From NCBI GenBank assembly GCA_965644295.1, contig CBFFRP010000002.1:124001-188000 (forward strand): 64,000 bases of DNA, written 5' to 3'. Of this stretch, positions 53,750-64,000 are shown piece by piece. This stretch comes from Paraphysomonas bandaiensis (lineage: Eukaryota; Protista; Chrysophyceae). Every line of letters begins with the position of its first letter. Within the stretch, counting starts at the first letter, position 1. The notes beneath the pieces are model-generated. The model did not search any database, was not told the DNA's origin, and was given only the letters and a program-made list of their open reading frames with translations. The position numbers and the translations under genes were made by a program.

Positions 53750-54770
53750 ATGTGTATGTATGTATGTATGTATGTATGTATGTATGTATGTATGTATGTA
53801 TGTATGTATGTATGTATGTATGTATGTATGTATGTATGTATGTATGTATGTATGTATGTATGTATGTATGTATGTATGTATGTATGTATGTATGTATGTA
53901 TGTATGTATGTATGTATGTATGTATGTATGTATGTATGTATGTATGTATGTATGTATGTATGTATGTATGTATGTATGTATGTATGTATGTATGTATGTA
54001 TGTATGTATGTATGTATGTATGTATGTATGTATGTATGTATGTATGTATGTATGTATGTATGTATGTATGTATGTATGTATGTATGTATGTATGTATGTA
54101 TGTATGTATGTATGTATGTATGTATGTATGTATGTATGTATGTATGTATGTATGTATGTATGTATGTATGTATGTATGTATGTATGTATGTATGTATGTA
54201 TGTATGTATGTATGTTGTATGTATGTATGTATGTATGTATGTATGTATGTATGTATATGTGTATGTGCGTGTGTATGTGTATGTATGTATGTATGTATGT
54301 ATGTATGTATGTATGTATGTATGTATGTATGTATGTATGTATGTATGTATGTATGTAGGTATGTATGTAGGTATGTATGTATGTATGTATGTATGTATGT
54401 ATGTATGTATGTATGTATGTATGTATGTATGTATGTATGTATGTATGTATGTATGTATGTATGTATGTATGTATGTATGTATGTATGTATGTATGTATGT
54501 ATGTATGTATGTATGTATGTATGTATGTATGTATGTATGTATGTATGTATGTATGTATGTATGTATGTATGTATGTATGTATGTATGTATGTATGTATGT
54601 ATGTATGTATGTATGTATGTATGTATGGATGTATGTATGTATGTATGTATGTATGCATGTATGTATGTATGTATGTATGTATGTATGTATGTATGTATGT
54701 ATGTATGTATGTATGTATGTATGTATGTATGTATGTATGTATGTATGTATGTGCGTGTATGTATGTGTGT
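53750..54770. repeat. (TATG)n microsatellite, ~1 kb, with interruptions
   Basis: Direct. Confidence 0.99.
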
Positions 54771-54859
54771 GAACTCTTCTCATTCTTCTTCTGCTGTATG
54801 CTGTACATACACACTCTGCTCTGTTAGCCTCATAATCTCATCGAATTATCAGTGTTGAC

Positions 54860-56458
54860 ATGTCGAGTATATCTGATCTTAACGATGATGTGTTGCGTCT
54901 CATCTTCTCTATGATCCCACACTCAGCTCTCCTTCCTGCGATGATGACTTGTAGGAGATTTCACGATACGGTTTACACTGATATCATGAGAGACAAGAGC
55001 AGAGATGAGTGGAGATATAACAGGAGATATAACACGAGAGATGAGAGGAGAGATGAGATGAGAGTTAGGTCTCATGCATCTCACTACTGTATGACTAACG
55101 CAATGGTCTCATGGGCTCTGTCTATGGGCTGCCCACAGCGTGTGCTTTCATATAGCTGTGCACTACACGGCAGACTACAGCAGCTCATACATCTCAAACA
55201 TACCGCCCTTCACAATGATACGACCACACAGGAACCGCTACACCAATCAGATATACGGAATGATATTGCTGTACAGGGTAGCCAGGTTAAGATGTTGCCT
55301 CCTTCACCGGACCCTCCATGTCCATGGGGTGAAAGGACTTGCTGCGCTGCTGCAAGAGGTGGACACTTGGATATTCTGCAGTGGCTTCGTTCACAGGACC
55401 CTCCATGTCCATGGGATGAAAATGCTTGCTATGCTGCTGCTTCTTGTGGACAATTGCATGTTCTTCAGTGGCTTCGTTCACAGGACCCTCCATGTCCATG
55501 GAGTGTATGGACTTGCCAGGCTGCTGCTTTTAGTGGGCACTTAGATGTTCTACAGTGGCTTCGTTCACAGGACCCGCCATGTCCATGGAGTGGAGAAACT
55601 AGCCGTGCTGCTGCAGGAGGTGGACACTTGGATGCTCTGCGGTGGCTTCGTTCGCAGGACCCTCCATGTCCATGGGATGAAGATACTTGCCGTTATGCTG
55701 CTTATAGTGGACACTTGGATATACTGCAGTGGCTTCGTTCACAGGACCCTCCATGTCCATGGAATGCAAGGACATGTTGTGATGCTGCAGAGTTTGGACA
55801 CTTAGATGTTCTGCAGTGGCTTCGTTCACAGGACCCTCCATGTCCATGGGATGAAAATACTTGCCAGGCTGCTGCCGAGGGTGGGCACTTGGATGTTCTT
55901 CAGTGGCTTCGTTCACAGGACCCTCCCTGTCCATGGGATGAAGATGCTTGCTCCGCTGCTGCTTTTGCAGGACACTTGGATATTCTGCAGTGGCTTCGTT
56001 CACAGGACCCTCCATGTCCATGGGATGAATATACTAGCCGTGATGCTGCTTCTGGTGGGCACTTGGATGTTCTACAGTGGCTTCGTTCACACGACCCCCC
56101 ATGTCCATGGGATGAATGGGCTTGCCGTAATGCTGCTTCTGGTGCATATTTGGATGTTCTGCATTGGCTTCGTTCACAGGACCCTCCATGTCCATGGGAT
56201 GAATATACTTGCTATGCTGCTGCAGAGGGTGGACACTTGAATGTTTTGCAGTGGCTTCGTTCACAGGACCCTCCATGTCCATGGGATGATGATTCTTGCC
56301 AGACTGCTGCAGAGGGTGGACACTTGGATGTTCTGCAGTGGCTTCGTTCACAGGACCCTCCATGTCCATGGGATGAAGATTCTATCCGTGCTGCTGCTTC
56401 TTCTCGACACTTGGATATTCTGCAGTGGCTTCGTTCACAGGACCCTCCGTGTCCATGA
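54860..56458 (+). CDS. F-box protein with 13 ankyrin-like 29-aa repeats (GHLDVLQWLRSQDPPCPW type); intronless
   Basis: N-terminal F-box-like ISDLNDDVLRLIFSMIPHSALLPAMMTCRRF. Repeats WDxxTCxxAAxxGHLDVLQWLRSQDPPCP are of the type known from algal and giant-virus ankyrin proteins. Confidence 0.85.
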   Translation: MSSISDLNDDVLRLIFSMIPHSALLPAMMTCRRFHDTVYTDIMRDKSRDEWRYNRRYNTRDERRDEMRVRSHASHYCMTNAMVSWALSMGCPQRVLSYSCALHGRLQQLIHLKHTALHNDTTTQEPLHQSDIRNDIAVQGSQVKMLPPSPDPPCPWGERTCCAAARGGHLDILQWLRSQDPPCPWDENACYAAASCGQLHVLQWLRSQDPPCPWSVWTCQAAAFSGHLDVLQWLRSQDPPCPWSGETSRAAAGGGHLDALRWLRSQDPPCPWDEDTCRYAAYSGHLDILQWLRSQDPPCPWNARTCCDAAEFGHLDVLQWLRSQDPPCPWDENTCQAAAEGGHLDVLQWLRSQDPPCPWDEDACSAAAFAGHLDILQWLRSQDPPCPWDEYTSRDAASGGHLDVLQWLRSHDPPCPWDEWACRNAASGAYLDVLHWLRSQDPPCPWDEYTCYAAAEGGHLNVLQWLRSQDPPCPWDDDSCQTAAEGGHLDVLQWLRSQDPPCPWDEDSIRAAASSRHLDILQWLRSQDPPCP

Positions 56459-56752
56459 AATTGAGGCGCTTGCCGTCCTGCTGCAGAGGGTGGACACTTG
56501 AATGTTTTGCAGTGGCTTCGGTCACAGGGCCCTCCATGTCCATGGGATGAAGATTCTATCCGTGCTGCTGCTTCTTCTCGACACTTGGATATTCTGCAGT
56601 GGCTTCGTTCACAGGACCCTCCGTGTCCATGAAATTGAGGCGCTTGCCGTCCTGCTGCAGAGGGTGGACACTTGAATGTTTTGCAGTGGCTTCGTTCACA
56701 GGACCCTCCATGTCCATATATAGGTTATAGATTTTGTGATGACAATGATTGA
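56459..56752 (+). pseudogene. Three further in-frame ankyrin-like repeats beyond a premature TGA
   Basis: Repeats continue in frame after the TGG->TGA change at 56456-56458. The stop-bearing unit is duplicated 174 bp later. The likely ancestral C-terminus is CPYIGYRFCDDND*. Confidence 0.75.
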
Positions 56753-56959
56753 TGTGAGATGTTTATTACAATATTTATTAATTTATTATCCCCATTTCAT
56801 CTCAGAAAATCGTGTTTTGTCCTGAACCAGTTTCAACAAAACGCTCGTATTAGCACCGGGCCAATATAGAAGTAGTGAATGTCTGATTAGTAGCAATTGG
56901 CGTGTAGCAAAACAATTTAACTAACTAGTGCTGAACTCTGATATCATACTATTTAGCGC

Positions 56960-57780
56960 TGGTTGAAACGACATCACTGAACAATACTTTCACTCTATGC
57001 TGATTTTATAAGTTAGAGACATTTAGGAAACATATAATAAACTTATGATCAATATCACTTGTCAATCGCCAAATTCATGTTGTCACAACCACCAATCATT
57101 TCCATACAATCTTAGATAACACGAACTCATACGGTCAATATATTTCAGTCTCACTACTACGATATTGCTATCATGACATTAGTTCTCATAATACAGTTAA
57201 CCACTTTTGTATTCTTCCATTAACTGTCATAAGCCAAATATCTTTGAACTACAGCTTTCAATTGCTCTCAAATAGCAGAACTCAACACTCCTCTCAATCC
57301 AAAGCTGTAGATAAACTCTTCACATCAGAAGACATAACTGACGGATACACAACCACCAAAAGCCACATAGGACAAACAGGTGGACATATGACTCCGACAT
57401 ATTTGCTGGCCTCTCTAATAACCACCACTGATGATTTCTGATTCTCGCCTAGACATCTCAACATCCATAAGTCACTCAACATAAAGATTTCGTCAATATA
57501 TCTGCAGTCTGATCATCAATCCCAACGTGATACAATATCGCAGCATTGAATGATCCTACTGAATGACTCACAAGCCGTGACTCAACTGTGTATGGATCAA
57601 GAAAAGCTGATCTCTTGTCTCGACTAAAAGTATCCGCCAGCGGGCAGATGATACTGTCCAGGCACAACGACAGGCACACTGACAGAAACATTAACAAACT
57701 GTATGTGCTCTTTAAGAAAAGTAAACACTCCTCGATGTCACTGGGAGTCAACACAATGGAATGTGAAGGGGCTGGAAATT
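56960..57780 (-). mobile_element. Copia 3' remnant (RNase H end, PPT, LTR), same family as 45338-47560
   Basis: YHVGIDDQTADILTKSL (Copia RNase H C-terminal ADILTK), then PPT gagaggag and tgttgag at 57287. 57040-57400 aligns by eye with 45440-45800. The left LTR boundary is uncertain. Confidence 0.75.
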
Positions 57781-58241
57781 GCTGTAAAAAAGTGAGCGAA
57801 GGTCAAAAATCATCGAGATTTTTTCTAAAATGACTGTTTTTCACAACCGCATGCCAAAAAAACCCTCTATATTCTTCAAACTTTTCCTCATTTTTTTGAT
57901 TTAAAAAGTGTGGAATCCGCTATAATCCAAAATACACCTGGCTGGAGGAGATACACTCCTGTGCTGTGTGTTTTCTAGAATATCTTGCTTGTATATCTGA
58001 AGGATTCTACGTTCACTTGAGTATGTTATGTACTGCTCTATATGTATAGCAGTACAGACAGTAGTAGCATATATAGAGTGCATGTGTATGTATGTATGTA
58101 CTGCTCTGTAGTATGTATAGCAGTACTGTACAGACAGTAGTAGCATATATAGAGTGAGTGCATATGTATGTATGTATGTATGTCTATATATATGAGTGGA
58201 ATGGTATTAAGGATCATCATCAGAGTTACATTCATATTACA

Positions 58242-60830
58242 ATGAAAAAGAAAATATACATACATTATGAAGATGAGGGGATTGAAAGTATTACACAGAG
58301 TGTTTGGATTGGATCAGATGATCGATCTGATGGGATTATAGAGAGTGTATTGGGATCACATCCATTAGAGGGACGCTATCAGTTAGTGACCTCATCAGGT
58401 GATCGATTAGCTTCATATGAGAAATTATTTGATTGGGTAGAGAATAAAGATGATTGTTTTATAGTGAAAACATCATCATCATCAGCAGCAGCAGATTCAG
58501 AGAAGGTATCTTCTGATAGGAGTGATAAGGGGCCTGTAGGGGGTGATAAGGGGCCTGTAGGAGGTGATAAGGGGCCTATAGGGGGATATAAAGAGGCTGT
58601 TACTGAAATAGAAACATTGATTAGCAAACGATCCTTTCGTAAAGCAGGTGAATTATGTGAGAGAGTGCTGTCTCATGTAAAGCCCAACGATACGCTGACG
58701 CTGGAGTATTTGACTCATGTGTATTTTGCCTCCGGTAAATATGAAAAAGCTATCTCCGCCGGAGAACAGGCACTGCGAATCATTACCAACAGCTCATCTA
58801 GCCAGCCTCGCCCTCAATTACACCTTATTATCGCTCAGTCATATCGTGAAAATGAAGACTTCGAGGAGGCCTTGGATCAGGCGAAAGAAGGGGTCGCTAT
58901 TATTAAGTCTGCTGTAGCCCGATCCAAGGGACGGGATAGTCAGTTGAATGAGCTTTATCTGGATTTGAATGCCGAAGTGACCAGAATTCTCTTTACGATG
59001 GGTCGTCATATGGAGGCCGGGGATCATGTAAATACTTTGATGACTGGCAACAACCTGTCAGGGGTAGACCCGCAGTCGCACGTAGGTTGTCTCTTGGCTT
59101 ATGGAGAAATCGCAGCTCAATATGACAAGGTATATTTATTTACTCTGCTAATTTTGCCGTAACTAGTATGTCTAGGTGCCAGAAGCAATGCAGGCAGGTC
59201 TCAAGGCAGTGGTGGCTGCTGCTTCAGACAAACGTGCTAAGCGGCTTATATCAGACCTTTTATCTCGTACTGGTGGCTTGGATGAACTGTACAGACAGGC
59301 TCCACCTTCTGACAAGGCCCCTGGTGCGTACGCCTTCTTGGCAATGGCCTGTAAGGACAATGGGTGTCTAACTACATCCGAGGCGCTCCTCAGACGAGTA
59401 TTGAGTATCGAAGGCTCTCTGAATACAATGGATATACATAACCACGCGTTGAATTTGGTTCATGTTTTGGAGAGCGAGTGCGACTATATTTCTGCGGTGC
59501 GAGCTATTGTCGAGCATATGCAAGCCGTTGGCAGAGGGAAGTTCGCATGTGCGGCTGAGGTTGATAGGCAGAAATTGGGATCTCTGGCTGATGTCCTGAC
59601 TTCTGCATTATCGACAGCAAGCACTTCCTCAAAGCGCGTCTGTTTGTGGTATCCTCCTATTGTGAACACCAGCACCGCTCAGAGGGTTATATGGATTAGT
59701 GGCACAGCTACTAGAGACGGGCATGATGTGGACGGACACTGTAGAGTGGTTCCTGCAGACTCCGATAATAGCCAAGCCCAAGATCTTCGATCTGTTGAGA
59801 CTACTCTCTCACCGTCGACACTGGACCTTCTAGCGATGGCGTTTACTGCCGTGAAGATACTATATACTCAAGGCAATATCGATGCCATCCCGTCGTTAAT
59901 TAGCATCATTGAGCCCTTGCGTCGAATGTCGAAGACCCCCGTCCACGAGACATCTGTGCGGAACGAACACGCCTACTACTTATGTATATGTCAGCTTCTT
60001 GCCCGCATGCATAGCCACGATTACGCTTATTCTTATATTCACGGGGAAGGTGGGGATCAAAGTGCTCCACTTTTTGTATGTGGTGACTCGCATTGCCTCT
60101 CTTCCGCATGGGGGGGGGTATCATTTTCTGGAGGGAAAAGGACCATTGTGCCCAAACTCGTAACTGGTTTGAAGCAGTATCACTTAAGACCCCAGTCCAA
60201 CTTCTATACCAAAGAATGCTTCACTAGAACTATGGCTAGTATTCCTGATGGCTCGGATGTAAGTGGCACCAACTCATTGTTCCTAATTACTTACGTCATT
60301 GGTTTGTCATTTGTGATGTAGGTGGTATTTTTAATTGGAGAGATAGACTGCAGAGAAGGTCTACTCGTGGCAGTAGAAAGGGGGAGATACGCAACATTGG
60401 AAGAAGGTATGCGTGCTACAGTGAGCATATTTAAGTCAGTTGTTGCAAATCTCGTGAAGAAAAGAAAGTTCAAGGTGTGTTCACGTATAACTAAATCGAA
60501 TTTTCGAACTCATACAATTATGCGTTTCGCACGGGATAGGTTTATATTCACCCTATTCTTCCAGTTCTGGATGTCACTAGAGATATAGTGGCCGCGTTCA
60601 ATCCTATCTACAAGCAAGCTATGACCTCTATTACAGGTAGTATTCAACAATATTGTATCGCCAAGTGGATAATAGTCAGTCTTTGAGTAGGCGTGAAGTG
60701 GTTGGATTTCTACGATGACCTCATAACAGCTGATGGCAAGAACCTACGTGATGACATGAAAATGGACGGCACGCATGTGAGCCCAGCATATGTCAGGCTA
60801 ATGGAAGAGGCCTTTCAAAAAGTGAATTAA
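58242..60830 (+). CDS. TPR-repeat protein with C-terminal SGNH/GDSL-like domain (5 exons)
   Basis: TPR-like helices YLTHVYFASGKYEKAISAGEQAL and AQSYRENEDFEEALDQA. SGNH-like blocks VCGDSH, GEIDCREG and DGTHV. Introns at about 59130-59176, 60259-60321, 60475-60539 and 60637-60690. Stop at 60828-60830. Confidence 0.75.
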
Positions 60831-61463
60831 ATCACGATGCGGAGATACTTATCTAAAATTAGTCAATCTTTCAACGGTTATGAGCATTACGTTTGTGATG
60901 ATATGTATCAGCTGCTAGGACGTGCATTCAGCGAGATGTTGATTGAAGTAATGCGTTTAAATATTTATGTTAGTATTTTCATTTTCATAGACCTTTTTAT
61001 TTTACATGCTGTATGGGCTTACCCACGGGCATATATATTATATACTTTAGTTCGTGTTAAAACTACTGCAATAGTTAAGTTTCCTCTTCACGAATATAGA
61101 AATTTCACTGCGCTGCAATGTGACCAAAAGTCTTTGGTGGGACGAAAGCTGAGCAATTACTATGACATCTAATGAATCGTTGATTGTTGTGCGTTCGTAT
61201 TTTACCAATTCTTAGTCTTGGTTGCAGAGTGTGAAGACATAATATTAGTTATTTAACAACAGATCAGTGCTTCTCTTTTAGTATGCTATTACTAATTGGA
61301 ACCATACAGCGTACTGGGTATCAGGGGGGGATAAAGTATATTACAAAGAATAAAGAATTTACCCGCAATCTATTTTGAAATAAAAATATAGGTTGTTCCA
61401 ATAAAACCTAATATGTATTATTGGATTCGACTAGATATACTGTATACTGTGTCACTCGAAAAA

Positions 61464-64000
61464 TCACCCAAGCGTAGTTTTCACCCCATCCAAGTGTCCA
61501 CGCTGTGCAGCTACAAGGCAAGTCCCCATTCATTCCATGGACATGGAGGGTCCTGTGAACGAAGCCACTGCAAAACTTCCAAGTGTCCACCACAAGCAGC
61601 ATCATGGCAAGTCCTAGCATCCCATGGACATGGAGGGTCCTGTGAACGAAGCCACTGCAAAACATTCAAGTGTCCACTCTGTGCAGCAACAAGGCAAGTC
61701 CTTGCATCCCATGGACAGGGAGGCCCCTGTGAACGAAGCCACTGCAAAACATCCAAGTGTCCACTCTGTGCAGCTGCAAGGCAAGTCCATTCATTCCATG
61801 GACATGGAGGGTCCTGTGAACGAAGCCACTGCAAAACATCCAAGTTTCCACGCCCTGCAGCAACATGGCAAGTCCTAGCATCCCATGGACATGGAGGGTC
61901 CTGTGAACGAAGCCACTGCAAAACTTCCAAGTGTCCACCATAAGCAGCAACACGGCAAGTCCTTGCATCCCATGGACAGGGAGGGTCCTGTGAACGGAGA
62001 CAATGCAAAACCTCCAAGTGTCCACGCCATGCAGCATCACGGCAACACCATTCATCCCATGGACATGGAGGGTCCTGTGAACGAAGCCACACCAGAACAT
62101 CCAAGTGTCCACGCTGTGCAGCAACACGGCAAGTCCATTCATCCCATGGACATGGAGGGCCCTGTGAACGAAGCCACTGCAAAACCTCCAAGTGTCCACG
62201 TTGTGCAGCAACACGGCAAGTCCATTCATTCCATGGACATGGAGGGTCCTGTGAACGAAGCCACTGCAAAACTTCCAAGTGTCCACCACAAGCAGCATCA
62301 CGGCAAGCATCTTCATCCCATGGACATGGAGGGTCCTGTGAACGAAGCCACTGCAAAACATTCAAGTGTCCACGCTGTGCAGCAACAAGGCAAGTCCTTG
62401 CATCCCATGGACAGGGAGGGCCCTGTGAACGAAGCCACTGCAAAACCTCCAAGTGTCCACGTTGTGCAGCAGCACGGCAAGTCCATTCATTCCATGGACA
62501 TGGAGGGTCCTGTGAACGAAGCCACTGCAAAACTTCCAAGTGTCCACCACAAGCAGCATCATGGCAAGTCCTAGCATCCCATGGACATGGAGGGTCCTGT
62601 GAACGAAGCCACTGCAAAACATTCAAGTGTCCACTCTGTGCAGCAACAAGGCAAGTCCTTGCATCCCATGGACAGGGAGGGCCCTGTGAACGAAGCCACT
62701 GCAAAACCTCCAAGTGTCCACGTTGTGCAGCTACAAGGCAAGTCCATTCATTCCATGGACATGGAGGGTCCTGTGAACGAAGCCACTGCAAAACTTCCAA
62801 GTGTCCACCACAAGCAGCATCATGGCAAGTCCTAGCATCCCATGGACATGGAGGGTCCTGTGAACGAAGCCACTGCAAAACTTCCAAGTGTCCACCACAA
62901 GCAGCATCATGGCAAGTCCTAGCATCCCATGGACATGGAGGGTCCTGTGAACGAAGCCACTGCAAAACTTCCAAGTGTCCACCATAAGCAGCAACACGGC
63001 AAGTCCTTGCATCCCATGGACAGGGAGGGTCCTGTGAACGGAGACAATGCAAAACATCCAAGTGTCCACGCCATGCAGCATCACGGCAACACCATTCATC
63101 CCATGGACATGGAGGGTCCTGTGAACGAAGCCACACCAGAACATCCAAGTGTCCACGCTGTGCAGCAACAAGGCAAGTCCATTCATCCCATGGACATGGA
63201 GGGCCCTGTGAACGAAGCCACTGCAAAACATCCAAGTGTCCACGTTGTGCAGCAACACGGCAAGTCCATTCATTCCATGGACATGGAGGGTCCTGTGAAC
63301 GAAGCCACTGCAAAACTTCCAAGTGTCCACCACAAGCAGCATCATGGCAAGTCCTAGCATCCCATGGACATGGAGGGTCCTGTGAACGAAGCCACTGCAG
63401 AACATTCAAGTGTCCACTCTGTGCAGCAACAAGGCAAGTCCTTGCATCCCATGGACAGGGAGGGCCCTGTGAACGAAGCCACTGCAAAACCTCCAAGTGT
63501 CCACGTTGTGCAGCTACAAGGCAAGTCCATTCATTCCATGGACATGGAGGGTCCTGTGAACGAAGCCACTGCAAAACTTCCAAGTGTCCACCACAAGCAG
63601 CATCATGGCAAGTCCTAGCATCCCATGGACATGGAGGGTCCTGTGAACGAAGCCACTGCAAAACTTCCAAGTGTCCACCATAAGCAGCAACACGGCAAGT
63701 CTTTGCATCCCATGGACAGGGAGGGTCCTGTGAACGAAGCCACCGCAGAACATACAAGTTTCCATCTTCTGCAGCAGCACGGCAAGTCCATTCATCCCAT
63801 GGACATGGAGGGTCCTGTGAACGAAGCCACTGCAAAACCTTCAAGAGTCCACGCTCTGCAGCAACACGGCAAGCATTTTCATCCCATGGACAGGGAGGGT
63901 CCTGTGAACGAAGCCACTGCAGAACATCCAAGTGTCCAACTTCTGCAGCATCATGGCAAGTCCATGCATCCCATGGACATGGAGGGTCTTGAGAACGAAG
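61464..64000 (-). CDS. Ankyrin-like repeat protein (~29 repeats visible), 5'-partial; paralog of 54860-56458
   Basis: Same 87-bp scaffold. The frame is open from the window edge. A 2-nt insertion (aatgaatgggg instead of aatgaatgg) in the last repeat gives a stop at 61511, whereas the uninterrupted frame would stop at 61464-61466. Confidence 0.85.

Noticed and set aside
21767-54858. MYVC/HTYI repeat ORFs at the three microsatellites
   Set aside because: Translation artefacts of stop-free (TATG)n arrays.
55140-63795. Alternative-frame ORFs (MFCSGFVHRTL..., MDMEGPVNEAT...)
   Set aside because: Shadow frames of the ankyrin repeats.
55310-64000. Ankyrin arrays read as CRISPR arrays or true TALE repeats (constant block plus variable block, HD dipeptide)
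   Set aside because: The variable segments are in-frame homologous codons and the repeat is a 29-aa ankyrin type (AAxxGHL), not a 33-35-aa TALE repeat. The HD match is probably coincidental.
24517-64000. Same 87-bp period in the mucin stalk and the ankyrin arrays
   Set aside because: No sequence similarity between the two units, so treated as coincidence.

Overview
Eukaryotic genomic DNA with short GT-AG introns (mostly 45-200 bp). The gene content suggests a protist or alga, possibly a stramenopile, but that is inference. Genes in order: a 5'-partial LRR + XK-related membrane protein gene, an intronless sulfotransferase, a tandem cNMP-binding-domain gene, cytosolic-type aspartate aminotransferase, a giant (~7,040 aa) single-pass surface protein, a coiled-coil protein, an F-box + ankyrin-like repeat gene, a TPR + SGNH-like gene, and a second, longer ankyrin-like array that runs off the window end. 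The giant protein has a signal peptide, a Cys-containing Pro/Ser/Thr stalk, three near-identical NHL-like propellers, REJ and GPS-like regions, a TM helix and TPR-like helices in the tail. Intergenic space holds Copia remnants and candidate solo LTRs, a ~2 kb TIR element, a ~150 bp MITE-like family, a subtilisin pseudogene and long (TATG)n tracts just 5' of start codons. The most interesting feature is the pair of 87-bp ankyrin-like arrays. Their DNA scaffold is nearly invariant, while three dipeptide slots per repeat are hypervariable and recombined, and one array is fused to an F-box. This suggests a diversifying, modular target-recognition (natural DARPin/TALE-like) ubiquitin-ligase adaptor family. 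All calls are by eye and no database searches were run.
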